Assembly: GCA_965649295.1 (NCBI GenBank)
Contig: CBFGKH010000008.1
Location: forward strand, 1-64,000
From: a candidate division WOR-3 bacterium
GTDB taxonomy: Bacteria > Hydrothermota > Tepidihabitantia > Tepidihabitantales > Tepidihabitantaceae
Reading direction: 5' to 3'
DNA: 64,000 nt
The notes under the pieces were generated by a model. It did no database searches. It was not told where the DNA came from and was given only the letters and a program-made list of their open reading frames with translations. Position numbers and translations under genes: made by a program. The stretch's first letter is position 1, and the number at the start of each line of letters is the position of its first letter. Shown here in pieces: positions 8,654 to 18,260 of the stretch.

Positions 8654-11085
8654 TAGCGCAAGGGCAGGGTGCCAGAACGGTCCGGGACCATATTCTCGTT
8701 GCCGGTGACCGGCCGGACGTCGTAGATGGCAGCGCTGCCGTCGCTCGTGACGTAGAGCAGGGTGAAACGGATGTCGCTGGCAACAAAGCTCTCAACATCG
8801 TCCATGTAGCTGAAGATGGTCAGGTGCTCGCGGTCGTCGCGCAGAATCCAGCAGGCCAGTGCCGGCAGATAGTCGGTGATGTAGTGGCGGCCGGAGAATA
8901 TCTCGCGCGATACCTCGCGGTAGTCGGCAAGCCGGGTGTTGAGCAGTGCCGAGTCATGGCCCGGCGGCGCAATGTCGCGGAACGGCCAGAGCAGGGTTCG
9001 GTAACCAGCCAGCATCGAGTCGGGAATGGCGGCCGACATCTCCCAGAGTGCACGCTGCAGCCGCGAGCCCGGCCAGGCAATGCCGGGCAGCGGTCGGAGC
9101 GTGTCCTGATTGGCATACCAGTATTCGCGATCCGGGTAGGCAATGGTCAGGGCCGAGTTGAGGATGCCAAGGTTGCGGGCATAGACAATCTCGCCGTCAA
9201 GGGTGATGCGGTTGGCCGAGAAACCGGAGCCAAACTGCTGGCAGAATATCAGGGCGTTCTTTGGTTTCAGGGCGCGAACGTTGCGCAGCAGCTTGCCGTT
9301 GACCCAACCGTAGTTCTGGTAGCAGCGCCAGATGCCGGGCAGACCGGCGATAAAGAAGACGATGATGATGCCCAGGCTGCGGCTGACCAGTCGCCAGGCA
9401 GCGCTGTCGTCATAGGGCAGGGCAAAGACGCGACGCAGCAGCGCTGGCAGGCTCTGGGCACCGCGCACAGTGAGAATGACGAGCGGGCCGGCTGCCTCGT
9501 AGAGAAAACGCGGCCCAAAGCAAACATTGTGGAACCAGTAGAAGAAGAAGGCGACCACCAGCGCCAGATAGACGCTCGCCAGCAGCCAGTCGCGGCGATT
9601 GGCGGTGCCGCTGGCAAAGAGGATGAGCGCAGGCAGGATACCAGGCAACGGCCACTCGAAAAGAAACTTGTTCAACAGGTTCATGTCGTGGCCGGTGTTG
9701 ATGAGTCCGCGCAGCGGGGTATGGATATCGCCCCAGCCCGACCGACCAAAACCGACCTCATGGCCCCGGCCCCACTTGACAACATAGCCAAAGAGCAGGG
9801 GATGGCCGTTGGTAAGGTAGTTGTAAATGAGGACCAGGCTGGCCACCGCGCCGGCCACCAAAAGCATCACTAGAAACCGGCTGAGCAGCCCCGGCCGCCG
9901 CACCACCAGCAGGATGGCATAGACAAAGAACGGTACCGCGATGGCGATACTCGAGTAGGTGCGGACATTGGCAGCGCAGCCCCAGAACAGTCCGCCCAGC
10001 GCTGCGTCCCACCAGCGGCCGGTGCGGACTGTTCGGAAGAAGAAGAGGAGAAAGAGGGTGACAAAGAGCAGGGCGCTGCTGTGGTTCATGAACTCGCCGG
10101 ACATGTTGACGATGAAGGGCGTCACCGCCGCGAGCGCGGCCGAAAGCCGGCCAGTGCGCTCATCGTAAACCTCGCGACCAAGGAAGTAGATTGCGCCAAC
10201 GGTTATCGCTCCGAGCAGCGGGTTGATAATCCAAGGCGCACCGATAAAGACCCCGAGCATCAAAAGCAGCGAGTGCAAGAAGGTGTATTGGGAATACCAG
10301 CGTCCTTCCGGCCCTGGCCAGTTAGGGACGTCAAAGCCCGAAGCCGGGTGACCGGTCTGCGGCGGGATGTTGATGATGTGGGTGTAGTCGAAGAAGTCGG
10401 GAAACGGCGGCGCCGGCAGCCAGAGCCGACCCGAAGCAAATATCTTCGCCTGAAAGAGCTGCGATATTGAGTCCTGGATGTGGGGGATGTGCTCGAAGAT
10501 GAAGAAGGAGACGATGTTGGCCAGTAGAAACATCGTCCCGGCAACGAGAGCAATGAATGACCAACGCGGCAAGGACTGAAGCCAGTCGTAGAATCGGCCC
10601 AGCGCCCGGTCGAGGAAACCAAGCTGCTGGTAGAGCCCGGCCAGGAGCAAAATTAGGCCGCCGGTGGCGGTGATAACGATGAAGACCATCCACGAACCGG
10701 TGTCCTGCGGCTTGAGATTGGTCGGGTCCCACGGCGCCAGACTGATGGCAAGATAGAACAGGGCAGCAACAAACGGAGCCGCAATCCGAAAGTCGCGCCA
10801 AGGCGCGGCCAGGGCGCGACGGAACCGCGGGAAGCCAAGGCCGATGCCGAGCAGAACCAGCGGCAGCCCGATCAGTACTAAGACGAGCGGAAAGTAAACA
10901 TACTCGTAGCGCGGCGTGCCGGGCAAATGGACAAAGACGCGACCGTAGGCAGCAAAGATGAACCGGTCGCTCTGATTGGCAAGTTGGGCCACTACCATTA
11001 GCAGCAGCCCGCCGATGATAAAGAAGATTCGCGCCGGCAGCGGCAGGCTGCGGTCGCGCAGTTCGACAGCGCTGGCGGTGGTCAT
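8653..11085 (-). CDS. Polytopic membrane GT-C glycosyltransferase (ArnT/PMT-like)
   Basis: Many TM segments; PHIQD..SQLFQAKIFASGRL luminal loop, FGPRFLYE. Confidence 0.7.
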   Translation of the reverse strand: MTTASAVELRDRSLPLPARIFFIIGGLLLMVVAQLANQSDRFIFAAYGRVFVHLPGTPRYEYVYFPLVLVLIGLPLVLLGIGLGFPRFRRALAAPWRDFRIAAPFVAALFYLAISLAPWDPTNLKPQDTGSWMVFIVITATGGLILLLAGLYQQLGFLDRALGRFYDWLQSLPRWSFIALVAGTMFLLANIVSFFIFEHIPHIQDSISQLFQAKIFASGRLWLPAPPFPDFFDYTHIINIPPQTGHPASGFDVPNWPGPEGRWYSQYTFLHSLLLMLGVFIGAPWIINPLLGAITVGAIYFLGREVYDERTGRLSAALAAVTPFIVNMSGEFMNHSSALLFVTLFLLFFFRTVRTGRWWDAALGGLFWGCAANVRTYSSIAIAVPFFVYAILLVVRRPGLLSRFLVMLLVAGAVASLVLIYNYLTNGHPLLFGYVVKWGRGHEVGFGRSGWGDIHTPLRGLINTGHDMNLLNKFLFEWPLPGILPALILFASGTANRRDWLLASVYLALVVAFFFYWFHNVCFGPRFLYEAAGPLVILTVRGAQSLPALLRRVFALPYDDSAAWRLVSRSLGIIIVFFIAGLPGIWRCYQNYGWVNGKLLRNVRALKPKNALIFCQQFGSGFSANRITLDGEIVYARNLGILNSALTIAYPDREYWYANQDTLRPLPGIAWPGSRLQRALWEMSAAIPDSMLAGYRTLLWPFRDIAPPGHDSALLNTRLADYREVSREIFSGRHYITDYLPALACWILRDDREHLTIFSYMDDVESFVASDIRFTLLYVTSDGSAAIYDVRPVTGNENMVPDRSGTLPLR

Positions 11086-11148
11086 CGCCGCTGATTATAG
11101 GGCGAATCGCCGCGGCGGTCTAGTCAGCCCGACCCAACGCCCTACCCC

Positions 11149-11177
11149 TTGACAGACAAAAGCAAGCCGGGTATAAT
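11149..11177 (+). promoter_or_regulatory. Consensus sigma70 promoter
   Basis: TTGACA-17 nt-TATAAT. Confidence 0.8.
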
Positions 11178-11183
11178 GATTCG

Positions 11184-11353
11184 GCAATCATGTCAAGGGC
11201 GCGGGCGCCACGACTGTTGCCAAAGATTCTCCAGAGGGCACGCTGGAAGCGAAAAACCTCAGGCTCGGTCGCATAAAATTGTGACCGCTTCCGCGACCTG
11301 TCGTGACCCTCTGTTTGATTGTGGCCGGCATCCGGTTTGACCGGTGCCGGCCA
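11184..11353 (+). ncRNA. Candidate structured small RNA, family not identified
   Basis: Perfect promoter upstream, several complementary segments, closing GC hairpin, and the downstream yjbQ has its own promoter. Confidence 0.4.
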
Positions 11354-11373
11354 GTTGCTATCCTCACAAGTTC

Positions 11374-11790
11374 ATGGTGCACACCGAGCTCATCACCGTC
11401 TCGACCAAAGGATTCGGTGACACGCTTGATATAACCGCTGCGGTCGCAACAGCGGTCAGCCGGTCAAAGGTGCAGACCGGGATTGCCTGCGTCGCCATCC
11501 CGGGCTCGACTGCTGCCATCACCACCATCGAGTTCGAACCCGGAGCGGTCGCTGACCTGAAAGCCGCATTGGAACGACTGGCGCCGGCGAACGGCGATTA
11601 TCAGCACAATGCGACTTGGGGTGACGGCAATGGCTACGCCCATCTGCGTAGTGCGCTGATTGGTGCCAGCCGGTCCTTGCCAGTCCGGTTCGGGCAACTG
11701 GCCCTGGGAACCTGGCAGCAGCTTGTCCTGCTTGATTTTGACAACCGGCCGCGTCAGCGGCAGTTGATCGTGACCATCGTCGGTGAATAA
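11374..11790 (+). CDS. yjbQ: YjbQ/UPF0047 family protein
   Basis: GSTAAITTIEFEPG, H...WGDGNGYAHLRS, LGTWQQLVLLDFD. Confidence 0.9.
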   Translation: MVHTELITVSTKGFGDTLDITAAVATAVSRSKVQTGIACVAIPGSTAAITTIEFEPGAVADLKAALERLAPANGDYQHNATWGDGNGYAHLRSALIGASRSLPVRFGQLALGTWQQLVLLDFDNRPRQRQLIVTIVGE

Positions 11791-11943
11791 AGAGAGAGTC
11801 ACGAACAGCTCTGTGTCGCGGCAATGTCATTGACCGAGCCGGTTTTTGATACCGAGCTGCCGTGCTCTCAAACTGTTAGACGCTCGGCCGGCGGGTAGGG
11901 TTCGCGATGGAATATTCAGAGAAGAATATATAGCCAGGTTACT

Positions 11944-13191
11944 ATGAATCGGCAGCTTAGCCAGTTACTGGTCATTGGTGGTGGGGCTGCCGGCCTCTGT
12001 GCTGCTGCCGTCGCTGGCCGACTCGGCGTTCCGGCAATTGTGCTCGAACGCACCGACCAGCCTGGCCGCAAGCTCGCCTTGACCGGCGGGCGCAAAGGTA
12101 ACTTCACCCACGTTGAGTCACCGCGCCAGATGGTAAGACGGTTTGACTGCGACCCTACCTGGCTGCTGCCGATTCTACGGCGGGTTCCCTATCAGCGGGT
12201 GATTAGCTTCTTTGCTAGCCTCGGCATTGCCGCTCGGACCGATGAGACGGGCTGCGTCTGGCCAGTACGGGTTGATGCTGCCGGTCTGCGCGACGCCCTG
12301 TTGCGCGAGATAGCCCGCACTGGCGGGATGGTTCGCACCGGCGCCCGGGTGAGCGCCATCCAGCCGAACCCTTGGCAGGTGCAGCTGGCCGACGGCGAAA
12401 AGGTTGCTGGCGAGAACATCCTGCTGGCAACCGGCGGTGCCAGCTACCCTCAGACCGGTTCTACCGGCGATGGCCTGCTGCTGGCCCAGCAACTGGGCAT
12501 CAGAACCACTCCCTGGTTTCCGGCCCTGGCCTCATTACGGACTGCCGATAACCTTGGCGGTCTTGCCGGTATCAGTCAGCCGCTGGTAGCGATGACGCTG
12601 CTCGTGGCGGGTGAGCCGATTCGCAGCGGTCGCGGCCACTTTATCTTTGCCCATGACTACGTATCTGGTTCGAGCGTGCTCAATCTCGCCGGTTACGCGG
12701 CCCGGGCACTGGCACGCGGACAACCGGTCGAGCTGGTGATTGACTGGCAGCCAGACCAAAATCACGAGGAGCTAGTCAACATCCTGCTCGCGGCCCGAAA
12801 CGACCACCCGCGGCAGTTGCTCGGGAACTTTCTTGGACGATTTGTTGCCCGCCGACTGGCGCTCGTCCTTCTTGACCGAGCCGGCGTTACCCCTTCTCGG
12901 CTACTGGCCCAGTTGTCACGGGCTGAGGCGGTGCGGATTGCTGGGGCGCTCAAGGCAACCCGCTTCGCCGTAATTGGAACCGAGCCAATCGAACGGGCAA
13001 CTGCGACCGGTGGTGGAATCCAACCAACCGAGATTGACAATCGGACAATGCAGGTAAGGCGGCTGCCCGGGCTCTACTGTGCCGGCGAGGTGCTCGACCT
13101 CTGGGCCGAGACCGGCGGCTACAATCTCCACTTTGCCTGGACCAGCGCCATCATTGCTGCCGAGGCGATTAGTGGCCGCCGGCTCGGCTAG
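11944..13191 (+). CDS. HI0933/YhiN-BaiN family flavoprotein
   Basis: GGGAAG, GRKL.LTGG..GN.T, ATGGASYP.TGSTGDG, GLYCAGEVLD...TGGYNL. Confidence 0.9.
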   Translation: MNRQLSQLLVIGGGAAGLCAAAVAGRLGVPAIVLERTDQPGRKLALTGGRKGNFTHVESPRQMVRRFDCDPTWLLPILRRVPYQRVISFFASLGIAARTDETGCVWPVRVDAAGLRDALLREIARTGGMVRTGARVSAIQPNPWQVQLADGEKVAGENILLATGGASYPQTGSTGDGLLLAQQLGIRTTPWFPALASLRTADNLGGLAGISQPLVAMTLLVAGEPIRSGRGHFIFAHDYVSGSSVLNLAGYAARALARGQPVELVIDWQPDQNHEELVNILLAARNDHPRQLLGNFLGRFVARRLALVLLDRAGVTPSRLLAQLSRAEAVRIAGALKATRFAVIGTEPIERATATGGGIQPTEIDNRTMQVRRLPGLYCAGEVLDLWAETGGYNLHFAWTSAIIAAEAISGRRLG

Positions 13192-13197
13192 CCCGGC

Positions 13198-14550
13198 TCA
13201 GCGGACGACAACGAACTTGCGACTGTAGCGCTCGCCGTTGCCAAGGAGTAGCTGGAACAGATAGACACCGCTACTAGGTGCTCTCACCGCTAGCTTTTGC
13301 TCTCCGGCCTCGAACCGTTGGTCGGCCGTCTCCCAGACCACTCGCCCTGCCGCATCAACAATCAGGATTCGACAGTCGGTGGGACAGGCCAAGCTAAAGC
13401 TAACCTGCAACTGCCCACTGCTGAGCACTGAGGTCAATCTTAGCGGCCGCACGAGGAGCGGACCGGTTGCCTCGCTGGTGGCCACGCCATTGGCAGTGGT
13501 GACAAGCATCGAGTCAACTGTCGTGTTGCCAGAGATGTCACTGGCGCGAACCAGTACCCAGTAATCACCGTCCGGATAGGCGTTCGTCTGCCAAGCACCA
13601 GCGGCGTCGGTCAGTTCAATCAGGCTGTCACCATCGGTGTTGGTGACGATGAAGTAATACTCACGCCGGACGTAGTCGCCCAGCGACCGACAGGTGTTGT
13701 CACGTTTGTAAACAACCCGGGTGAGCATCGTGTCGCTCGTGCTGCCAAGCCGGCCCGAGAACTGAACGCTCGTGGTCCAGGGCACGACGGTCGCACCGCC
13801 GCTGCTGCGGATTGAGTAGTCAATCTGAAACGGAGCGAGCTTGTCCCAGACTGTGTCGTGCGTCGTATAGCCGGTTCGATCGTAGCAGCGACAGATGATG
13901 TCAACCGCGCCGTTGAGGGCGTTGGGCGAAAGATAGCTGCTCGAATTGTCCCGGCAGAAGGCGAACCGCTGTCCGGTTCTTGCGTTCTGGAATACCGGCG
14001 ATACCAGATCGATATTGGGCCGTAGTGAGAGCAGCGGGTTCTCGATGAACCACCAAGTTACATCCGGAAACCGCATCCAGTAAGCACCGGTGTCGGAGAT
14101 GCGGGCGAAATGGAGATGGTCAAAACCGGTCACTGGCCAGGGCACCAGATAGCCAATCAGCTCGCCCTCTGCTACCTCGTCGCCGGGCTCCTTGTGCGGC
14201 CGCTCCGGGTCAATATGGGCATAGAGCCAGCCTGGTGCGCGACCAGTGAACTCCGGACTCGTATCGCAGATGGCCAGCCGGTAGTGATACTCGGCTGAAA
14301 TCGTGCCCCAGCCCTTGACCCAGCCGTGCCGCACCGCATACACCGGCGCACCACTGATACCGGGCGTGATGATATCAATGCCGTTGTGAAAGTAGGGACC
14401 ACCGCCGTAGTCCTGAATGTTGCCCCAGTTGTTGCCCAGTGGCGGATGAGAGTCAAGCGGCGGCACTGGCCAGGGGACCGCGCCAGCCGTTGCCACGATG
14501 GCAGCAATCAGCACCAGCGAACGAATGATGCTCAAATGGCCTCCTGTCAT
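13198..14550 (-). CDS. Secreted M23-like peptidase with T9SS-like C-terminal domain
   Basis: Signal peptide, HNGIDI and HLHF M23 motifs, tail DAAGRVV...SGVYL...SRKFVVVR; start may be TTG 14535. Confidence 0.78.
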   Translation of the reverse strand: MTGGHLSIIRSLVLIAAIVATAGAVPWPVPPLDSHPPLGNNWGNIQDYGGGPYFHNGIDIITPGISGAPVYAVRHGWVKGWGTISAEYHYRLAICDTSPEFTGRAPGWLYAHIDPERPHKEPGDEVAEGELIGYLVPWPVTGFDHLHFARISDTGAYWMRFPDVTWWFIENPLLSLRPNIDLVSPVFQNARTGQRFAFCRDNSSSYLSPNALNGAVDIICRCYDRTGYTTHDTVWDKLAPFQIDYSIRSSGGATVVPWTTSVQFSGRLGSTSDTMLTRVVYKRDNTCRSLGDYVRREYYFIVTNTDGDSLIELTDAAGAWQTNAYPDGDYWVLVRASDISGNTTVDSMLVTTANGVATSEATGPLLVRPLRLTSVLSSGQLQVSFSLACPTDCRILIVDAAGRVVWETADQRFEAGEQKLAVRAPSSGVYLFQLLLGNGERYSRKFVVVR

Positions 14551-14573
14551 TCTAGTTCCGACACCGAGTCTGC

Positions 14574-15172
14574 TCAAGCCCGCCGGGGTCGGCACTGGGC
14601 AATAAGCCAGGGAAACGCGCTCTCAATACGGACAACGTCAGCAGCACTGACCAGCAATCTCGCCAGCGAGTGGCGATTGTAGTGCTGGATATGCTCGGGA
14701 TGGTCGCCCCAGCGGGATAGATACTTGCCACGCAGCAGATTGCCGAGACGAAACCAAGGCTCGTGTGGCACCGATACGACGATGGCCTGCCGCGCGACCC
14801 GGCTGAGTTCGCTCAGGGCCGCCGCCGGCCGGTCCAAGTGTTCAAGCACTCCAGGCACAGCACCAGGTCAAAACTCGCATCCGGATAGGGCAGATGGAAG
14901 ATGTCCTCAACCGAGAACTGCCGGCCGGGGAAGTTGGCCGCGCACCAGGCGACCGAGTCAGGATTGAGGTCAAATCCAACGAGCTGCGCAGGCAGTAGGT
15001 TCCCTAGCCGCCTGATTGTCTCGCCCTCACCACAACCGGCATCGAGCACCGACTGCGGTGCCAGTTCGGCAATAATCAGCCCCAGCTTGCGGTAGAACCG
15101 ATCAAATGTCAGCCGGACTACCGGATTGGTCGTCTGAAACTTCTGGTAGTTGCGAGTAGCGGGCGGCTGCAC
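14574..15172 (-). pseudogene. Class I SAM-dependent methyltransferase split by a 1-nt frameshift (pseudogene or sequencing error)
   Basis: VLDAGCGEG...FDLVLCLE in one frame continues as VLEHL in the next; GAG-GTG reads GAGTG at about 14849. Confidence 0.85.
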
Positions 15173-15179
15173 TGTAGTA

Positions 15180-16319
15180 TCAGGCCGAAAGTCGCTGGTG
15201 AACGAGGATTACCGTGCGAATGACGTATTCGATCTCGTCCTCGGTCAGTGCCGGATAGAAAGGCAAGCTGATAGTGCGTCGGCCGATTGCTTCCGCGTTT
15301 GGAAACATTCCCTCGTGACAGCCGTACTCCTGGCGGTAGAACCGGGTCAGGTGCACGGGTCGGTAGTTGACAACCACACCGATGCCAGCTTCCTGCAGGA
15401 GCCGAATCATCTCATCACGCCGACCGTCCGGTGCCCAGATGGTGAAAAGATGCCAGGCATGCTTGGCACCGGCCAGTATTTTCGGAAACTCGATACCAGC
15501 GGCAGTGAAGGCGGCCGCATAACGCCGGCCAATCTCATTACGCCGTTGCCAGCGTTCTTCAAGCCGGTCGAGCTGTGGCAGCAGCAACGCCGCAAGAATG
15601 TCGGGCAGATTGGCCTTATACCCGGGAAAATCCATGTCCCAGTGCTCGTACCGTTCGTGCCGACTGAGTGCCGACTTGCTCATTCCGTGCAGACGGGCAA
15701 CACTCAGGTATTCAGCAAGCGCGGCATCGCGCGTCACGACTGCCCCACCCTCACCGCAGGCCAGATTCTTCGTCGCGTAAAAACTGAATGCCGCGGCATC
15801 GCCAACCTGGCCGGGCCGGGCCCCGTCGCGCTCACCCTCAACGCAGTGGGCAGCATCTTCGAGCAGACGCAGACCATAGCGGTCAGTAAGCTCCCGCAAT
15901 GCACGAATATCAGCCAGCTGACCATAGAGATGGACCGGTACCACTGCCCGAATCCCTGACTCGCGCCGAAGAATCGCCTCAACCTGTTCCGGGTCAATCA
16001 GGCCCGTACGCGGCTCGACATCACAAAAGACCACTCTTGCCCCGACGTGAACAACAACGTTGGCCGAGGCGACAAACGTCATTGCCGGCACAATCACCTT
16101 GTCACCGGGCCCAATGCCCCACGCCTTCAGACTGAGAAAGAGCCCGGCGGTGCAGGACGACAGGGCCACGCAATGCTCGACACCAAGTCGCGCCGCAAAC
16201 CGGGTCTCAAACTCTCGCGCCTTCGGCCCAGTGGTCAGAAAAATACTGTCAAGGACACTGGCCACCGCCTCCTTCTCAGCCTGACCCAGTGAATGACGGT
16301 AGAACTCAACCTTCATCAC
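15180..16319 (-). CDS. DegT/DnrJ/ArnB family sugar aminotransferase
   Basis: SSCTAGL, PVHLYG, EDAAH, FSFYATKNL..GEGG. Confidence 0.93.
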   Translation of the reverse strand: MMKVEFYRHSLGQAEKEAVASVLDSIFLTTGPKAREFETRFAARLGVEHCVALSSCTAGLFLSLKAWGIGPGDKVIVPAMTFVASANVVVHVGARVVFCDVEPRTGLIDPEQVEAILRRESGIRAVVPVHLYGQLADIRALRELTDRYGLRLLEDAAHCVEGERDGARPGQVGDAAAFSFYATKNLACGEGGAVVTRDAALAEYLSVARLHGMSKSALSRHERYEHWDMDFPGYKANLPDILAALLLPQLDRLEERWQRRNEIGRRYAAAFTAAGIEFPKILAGAKHAWHLFTIWAPDGRRDEMIRLLQEAGIGVVVNYRPVHLTRFYRQEYGCHEGMFPNAEAIGRRTISLPFYPALTEDEIEYVIRTVILVHQRLSA

Positions 16320-17083
16320 TACACCTCTCGCTTGGCGGCAACCAGCGCAATGCTGCCACCGATTCGGAACTGAAAGAGTAGAGAAAAGACCCGATCAAGG
16401 CTGAGCACTGCCAGCCCTAAATCGTTTAGTACCGGCGCAACTGCCAGACCAGTGGCATCCCGGGTGGCCGCGCGGCCAGCGGGAAAGAGAAACCGCCGCA
16501 GAAGCAGTAGCGGCACCAGTGAGAAGAAGAATGCCCCTGCGCGGAGGACGACAAAACCGGCCGCCTGCACCAGTTGCCGCAGCTCGGCCAGCTCATAGCG
16601 CCGACAGTGATGCGCCACCACGTCACTCTGATTCCAGAGCCACTGGTGGGCCGGCACAGTCATAATCAGCCTGCCGCCCGGCCGCAGTACTCGATAGATT
16701 GACCCTAGCGCAGTCCGCTCGTCAGCCACATGCTCAAGCACATCAAACAGGCCGACCGCATCGAACGCCGCGTTGAACGGCAGGCTCGTCACGTCACACT
16801 GATACCTTTCAACGATTCCCTTGCGTCCGGCTAGCGCCAGTGCCTCGGGGTAGAGGTCAGCGACTGCCACGGCAAAACCACGCTGGTGCAGTCGAGCCGC
16901 AACACCGCCGGTTCCAGCACCAACCTCCAGCACCCGGCTTCCGGGCCTGACATACCGACTGAACAAGGCGACTATCAGGTCGGCCCGGGCCCGAAACCAG
17001 TAGTGCCTGGCCTCAATCTGGTCCAGCCGTTCAAACCAGACTGGGTTATAGCCGCCGGCCCCGAGCGAACAATCACTAACCAT
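16319..17083 (-). CDS. Class I SAM-dependent methyltransferase
   Basis: HYWFRAR, VLEVGAGTG, FDVLEH, TVPA..WLW...D...HH.RRY. Confidence 0.88.
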   Translation of the reverse strand: MVSDCSLGAGGYNPVWFERLDQIEARHYWFRARADLIVALFSRYVRPGSRVLEVGAGTGGVAARLHQRGFAVAVADLYPEALALAGRKGIVERYQCDVTSLPFNAAFDAVGLFDVLEHVADERTALGSIYRVLRPGGRLIMTVPAHQWLWNQSDVVAHHCRRYELAELRQLVQAAGFVVLRAGAFFFSLVPLLLLRRFLFPAGRAATRDATGLAVAPVLNDLGLAVLSLDRVFSLLFQFRIGGSIALVAAKREV

Positions 17084-17448
17084 CAGCGGGAGCGGCTGGT
17101 GACAATTAGCCCAGCGATAACGAGTAAGAGTCCGACCACCTTGGCCAGCGTCAGCGGCTCGCCAAAGAATAGTGCCGAGAAAACCAGCACCAGGACAAAA
17201 GCCAGGCCCATAAACGGATAGGCGAAGCTCAGATCAAACCTAGTCAGCGCTGCCATCCATGACAGGGCAGCAAGCAGCGCCGCTCCCAACCCGCTCAGCA
17301 CCCAGGGATTGGCCAATAGGCGTAGCAGGAAGACAAGCCTTGCCCCCAACCCTGCCGGCAGGGCACCGGCCCGCGCCACCTGCCACTTGACCACGAGCTG
17401 ACCATAGACCGTCAACAGAACCGTCAGCAAGATATAGAGTATCGGCAT
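17083..17448 (-). CDS. Small DMT/EamA (ArnE/F-like) flippase subunit
   Basis: 121 aa, 4 TM segments, DLSFAYPFM, LFFGEPLT. Confidence 0.8.
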   Translation of the reverse strand: MPILYILLTVLLTVYGQLVVKWQVARAGALPAGLGARLVFLLRLLANPWVLSGLGAALLAALSWMAALTRFDLSFAYPFMGLAFVLVLVFSALFFGEPLTLAKVVGLLLVIAGLIVTSRSR

Positions 17449-18260
17449 CAGCTAGCCGGTACGAACTTAGCCTTGTCGTAAAGCAGAAACTTCATAAACC
17501 GATACTCGGCCTCACTGCGCGCGGGCAGATATTGCCGGCTGGCAAGACAGAAGAAAGTCCGGTGGTCATCGCTCTGCCGACCAGCAAGGTCGTCAACCAG
17601 CACCGGCTCAAACTGGTCCGGACCAATCCCGGTCAGACGCCGAAACTCCTCACTGAGCTCGGCAAAACGTCTGACCTTCTCCGCCGCTGAGCGTTCGGCA
17701 AACTGTGGACCAACCTTGTCGGTGATGTCCTTGGCTGGCGTGCCGGCATAGACGTGATTCTCTTCCATGTCGTGGGTGATAACTCCGCCGACGAGCAGCA
17801 TTGAACGTCGCCGGGCATGAATTGGCGAGACAATGCAGTGGCCGACAAACCAGACATCGTCCTCAACCACCAGCTCACGGGCACTGTTCCAGCGACACCC
17901 GGCGAGCGTATCACCGAACTTGATGTGTGACCAGAGCTGCGACTGCGCCCCGATGCCGACGTTGTTACCGATCGTCGTCCCGCCGATCGAGTCAATGATG
18001 GTTGACTGACCAATCCAGCAGTTGTGGCCGATGCGGCAGGGCTGGTAGCCATAAATCAAACCGCCACGATGAATCTTCACGTAGTCACCAATGGAAAGCT
18101 CCGGCACATCAATGTAGAGGTCATCGCCGAGCTCGGTGCCGAACCCGATTATCACCCGACGACAGTTCGGGCCGAAAGTCACATTCCGACCAAATCCGAC
18201 TCGGTCAGCAATAACGAATTCAGTCTCGCTGCTTATGGCTCGAAACCGTTGCTCGCTCAT
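17448..18260 (-). CDS. Hexapeptide-repeat acyltransferase
   Basis: IGHNCWIG, IGNNVGIG, VEDDVW, YAGTPAK. Confidence 0.8.
   Translation of the reverse strand: MSEQRFRAISSETEFVIADRVGFGRNVTFGPNCRRVIIGFGTELGDDLYIDVPELSIGDYVKIHRGGLIYGYQPCRIGHNCWIGQSTIIDSIGGTTIGNNVGIGAQSQLWSHIKFGDTLAGCRWNSARELVVEDDVWFVGHCIVSPIHARRRSMLLVGGVITHDMEENHVYAGTPAKDITDKVGPQFAERSAAEKVRRFAELSEEFRRLTGIGPDQFEPVLVDDLAGRQSDDHRTFFCLASRQYLPARSEAEYRFMKFLLYDKAKFVPAS

Noticed and set aside
8632..9873. 413-aa plus-strand ORF and many similar long antisense ORFs (e.g. 29409-30257, 38690-39570)
   Set aside because: Shadows of well-supported genes on the opposite strand in GC-rich DNA, with no motifs.
11184..11353. Glycine or fluoride riboswitch, or SRP RNA
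   Set aside because: Only fragmentary resemblance (AACCTCAGG, GGCAATCATGTC); the core consensus elements are missing.
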